Origin: Raillietiella orientalis
Taxonomy: Eukaryota
Assembly (NCBI GenBank): GCA_036172245.1
Contig: JAYWIR010000037.1
Span: 1,860,001-1,924,000 of the forward strand
Length of the DNA stretch: 64,000 bases
Direction of reading: 5' to 3'
Shown here: piece after piece, positions 61,128-64,000 of the stretch
Layout of the letters: each line of letters starts with the position of its first letter
How positions within the stretch are numbered: position 1 is the stretch's first letter
Position numbers and translations under genes: made by a program
The notes under the pieces: model-generated
The model's database searches: none
What the model saw: only the letters and a program-made list of their open reading frames with translations
What the model was told of the DNA's origin: nothing

Positions 61128-64000
61128 TCGTCGAAGAGAAGATGGAGGCTGAGAACACGAATGTTTCGCGACATTGGCCTGGCTGACCGGACCCATTAAA
61201 CCGTTTTGAGTTGTCTCTAAGGATGGGTCAGACGTCTTGCTCCCTGAAAAGAGCGGGCAACTCGGCTTCCCACATTCGAGATCATGTAGCTAAGCGACGC
61301 GATTTAGGAAGCATCTGAGAGCTGCTTGCTGCTTCTCTCCGCTTTTCTTAAAGGAGGTTGGTTGCAGCGGGATCAGAAAGGAAGATCCCGGCCATCGATA
61401 AAAGCCTCACAGCGAGCCATGTTCGGCAGCCACATTTTGGAACCTGACCTCCGCTCACAAGCTAACCATCAGGACCCCTTCCAAAGCCATTTGGATTGCA
61501 TCCGAAATGGTGCGCATCAAGTGCCATTATCAAAAGGCGAAGAGCCGAGGAACGCCACGGAAAGAAAACGGAGTCTCTGGACGAGAGCAAGGATCGCGTC
61601 CCGAGGAAAGTGGCGAAGCGACCACGTGTGAGGATGCCAGGCAGGGTCTCGGAACAGAGTCGACAGATGAAGAGAGAGTGAGACTTTCAGCCGCGGTCCC
61701 GGCTCTTGGGAGAAGCTCACGGTGTCGACCCTTCTCGGAGCGACCCGTCCGCGGCACTGCTGTTTTCGCGCCGCTGGCAGGGTGAGGCGCTTTCCACCGT
61801 GCCCATATGCAATCTCGTGCCGCCTTGAAGGCGTGTCCCCCAAGCTTTTGGGAAAAGAGAAAGCCTTTTGGGAGGAGGTAGGGGGTCTTCTCTGACTTCT
61901 GCATCCGGCAGTCATAGGGATTCTCCCGTCAGCCTTCCTAGATTCCTGAAACCTTGCCGCTGACCTGTCTGCAAGCTCCCTTAATACCCACGTGATTGAG
62001 CAAATGAAGGAGTCCAGATTTGGATGAGGACCCTTTAGCTTTATTTCGGTATTCCGTGCTGTTTTGCCGAGGCAGCTTTGGTTCTCTCGGAGAAATCTCC
62101 CTCAGGGGCTCGAGTTGCTGCTCACGAGAGAGAGAAGGTTGTCTCGGAGCTCTTCTGTCCTGGTCTGGTGAGGTCGCAATGCTTCTCCTGACGACGGCAA
62201 ATTTCTTGTCAATGATTTATCGTGCATCGCTCCCACCTTTAAAGTTTTCAATCTGTTCTTCATTCAAGGATTCCTCCGGATTCGACTTTGCCAGGTCGGG
62301 AGTCCAGAGAGGCCTCAACGCAATTTCCTTCCGCTTATTCGACGTGGACGCGTGGGAGTCACTAGGATTCTTCGGAAATTCGCTCCTGCTCCCCCATAGA
62401 TCTGCAGATGACCTCAAGCACTTCTCCCGTATGCAGGTTGCATTCTTATTCCTATTTTACTTCTGCAAATGCATTTCCTCCGACTGAACGGGGAGACTGC
62501 AAGTTTGTCGGCTTCTCGAACCATGGTCACACCAACTCGTTGTGTTGCACTCCCTCACTTACCCTTAACCCACGGCTGCTATACTGAAGTTCTCAAGAAA
62601 GACTGACTGTCCTCTTTCTATACACTGCTCTTCTGTGGCAGGGACACCTCCTTTTATCAAAACAAGATGCTGTCTTTTAAAGGAATCCTCGACTCTAAAA
62701 TAGCAGTTGAACCAGAAAATTGAAAACGAAAATTGGGACGGTTGGATATTTCTCGAAAGCTTTGATGGCTGCTACCTCAGTTGTTGCAGCGGCTTCTGAT
62801 ACTGCAATCGACGTGAGCATGAATGGGAATTCCGAGCATGGAGTCTTAGAAAATCCTCTTAAAATGGAAGTGCAAGTTCCGTTGATCGGTTTCCTGCCTG
62901 TGCAGACTTCGATCTTCAAATTTTTGCTGCAGAAGCGACCAGCGTGTTCTTCCTTCAATGGAAAGCAATCATGAGAGAACACAAGACTGCCATTGCTGCT
63001 GCTGAACAGCACTGGCAGTCGCTCGAGAAGCGAGCTCGTATTTCAGTGGGCGGAACCAATTCATAAAAAAGAAATAAATCTGGACAGGAAGTGCAGGTTT
63101 GTTGGTTCGGTCCTTACCTTCCGAATGCACGTGTACGTGCTTCCGCTGCGTCACTTAGAGTACTTTGGTACACGTTGATCTTACCCAAAAAACCGAGAAG
63201 CGATAGAGTACTTTCAGCTGTAATGCGCCGGTCCGCGACTACATATCTTTGCTCTCTCTTTGCAGATAATACCGAGTTCTGTTGATGATTGTATAGGATG
63301 CACACCGTGCACCACATTCGTTGCTGTAAGATAGGTGTTGCTATGTCTTGTTGGTTCAGACTGGAGGCAGATTGCAAGTGCACGAATAACGGAAAAACGC
63401 AGATAGAAAACATGCGGAACTTATCTTTACCATGTCGCGAGCAGCGTCACCACTTGGACGAATCCGATGATCCAAGACGAAGATTGAACAAAAAGCAAAG
63501 AATGAACTTTCCGTCTATGAATGAGATACGTGAGACAATTCAGCACTTTAGCTGTTCCCCTTTCTTTCCAGTAAAGCATGGTTTGTTGAGCGGCACATCC
63601 GCGCTCTTTCGCTGGTGAGAATCTGCGGAGAGAGAATGAAAGCAACGAAAAGCTCACGTATGATCGCAAAAATACATACAATAAGAAGAATTCATGGAGT
63701 AGACTTGAGAGGAATAAGCCGAGTGACCTTGGGCGATTTTCGAGATGATCTGGGTTATCCCGACGTGCAGCAAGAGTCGCCTCACATCAAGACAATTAGC
63801 CACTCCCAAACGGATTTACTAAAGCACCTGCAGTCGTACAGCTGCACACCCCGAAGCATTCTACTGACATGGAAGCAACGATGAGCTTCGGTATGAGTCT
63901 TGACTGTGTCTGTGTGCTTCCAGTCAATTGAATATCCTCACGAAAGCATTACCTCAGTTATCCATGGACACTGAGAGTGTATCCTCTCTTTTAACTCGTG

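Noticed and set aside
49655..64000. Search for iGluR exon 5 and later exons
   Set aside because: Candidate acceptors (near 49960, 59075, 63265) lead to stops or non-homologous peptides. The exon is probably beyond the window, or I missed it.

Overview
This is eukaryotic (invertebrate animal) genomic DNA. The 38-58 nt introns and TTTTAG/TTTCAG acceptors are compatible with a basal nematode, but the taxon is inferred only. Two intron-containing genes can be reconstructed by hand and lie head-to-head. (1) A complete 14-exon FERM-domain tyrosine phosphatase of the PTPN14/PTPN21/Pez family on the minus strand (23894->17755, about 945 aa). (2) The first four exons (signal peptide and amino-terminal domain) of a kainate-like ionotropic glutamate receptor on the plus strand (28260->49654); no later exon was recognised, so the gene probably continues past the window. 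The rest is intergenic or intronic DNA rich in decayed mobile elements. These include a 37-nt U2 snRNA 5' fragment that stops near the site used by U2-targeting retrotransposons, two related 3' fragments of a restriction-like-endonuclease (NeSL/Utopia-type) non-LTR element, and weak Ty3/gypsy and pogo-like remnants. There is also a tRNA-derived SINE-like head, a three-copy unclassified repeat that forms an ~800-bp inverted pair in the receptor intron, two perfect hairpins and GT/CA microsatellites. Most ORFs in the supplied track look spurious. All calls come from manual reading; no database search was run.
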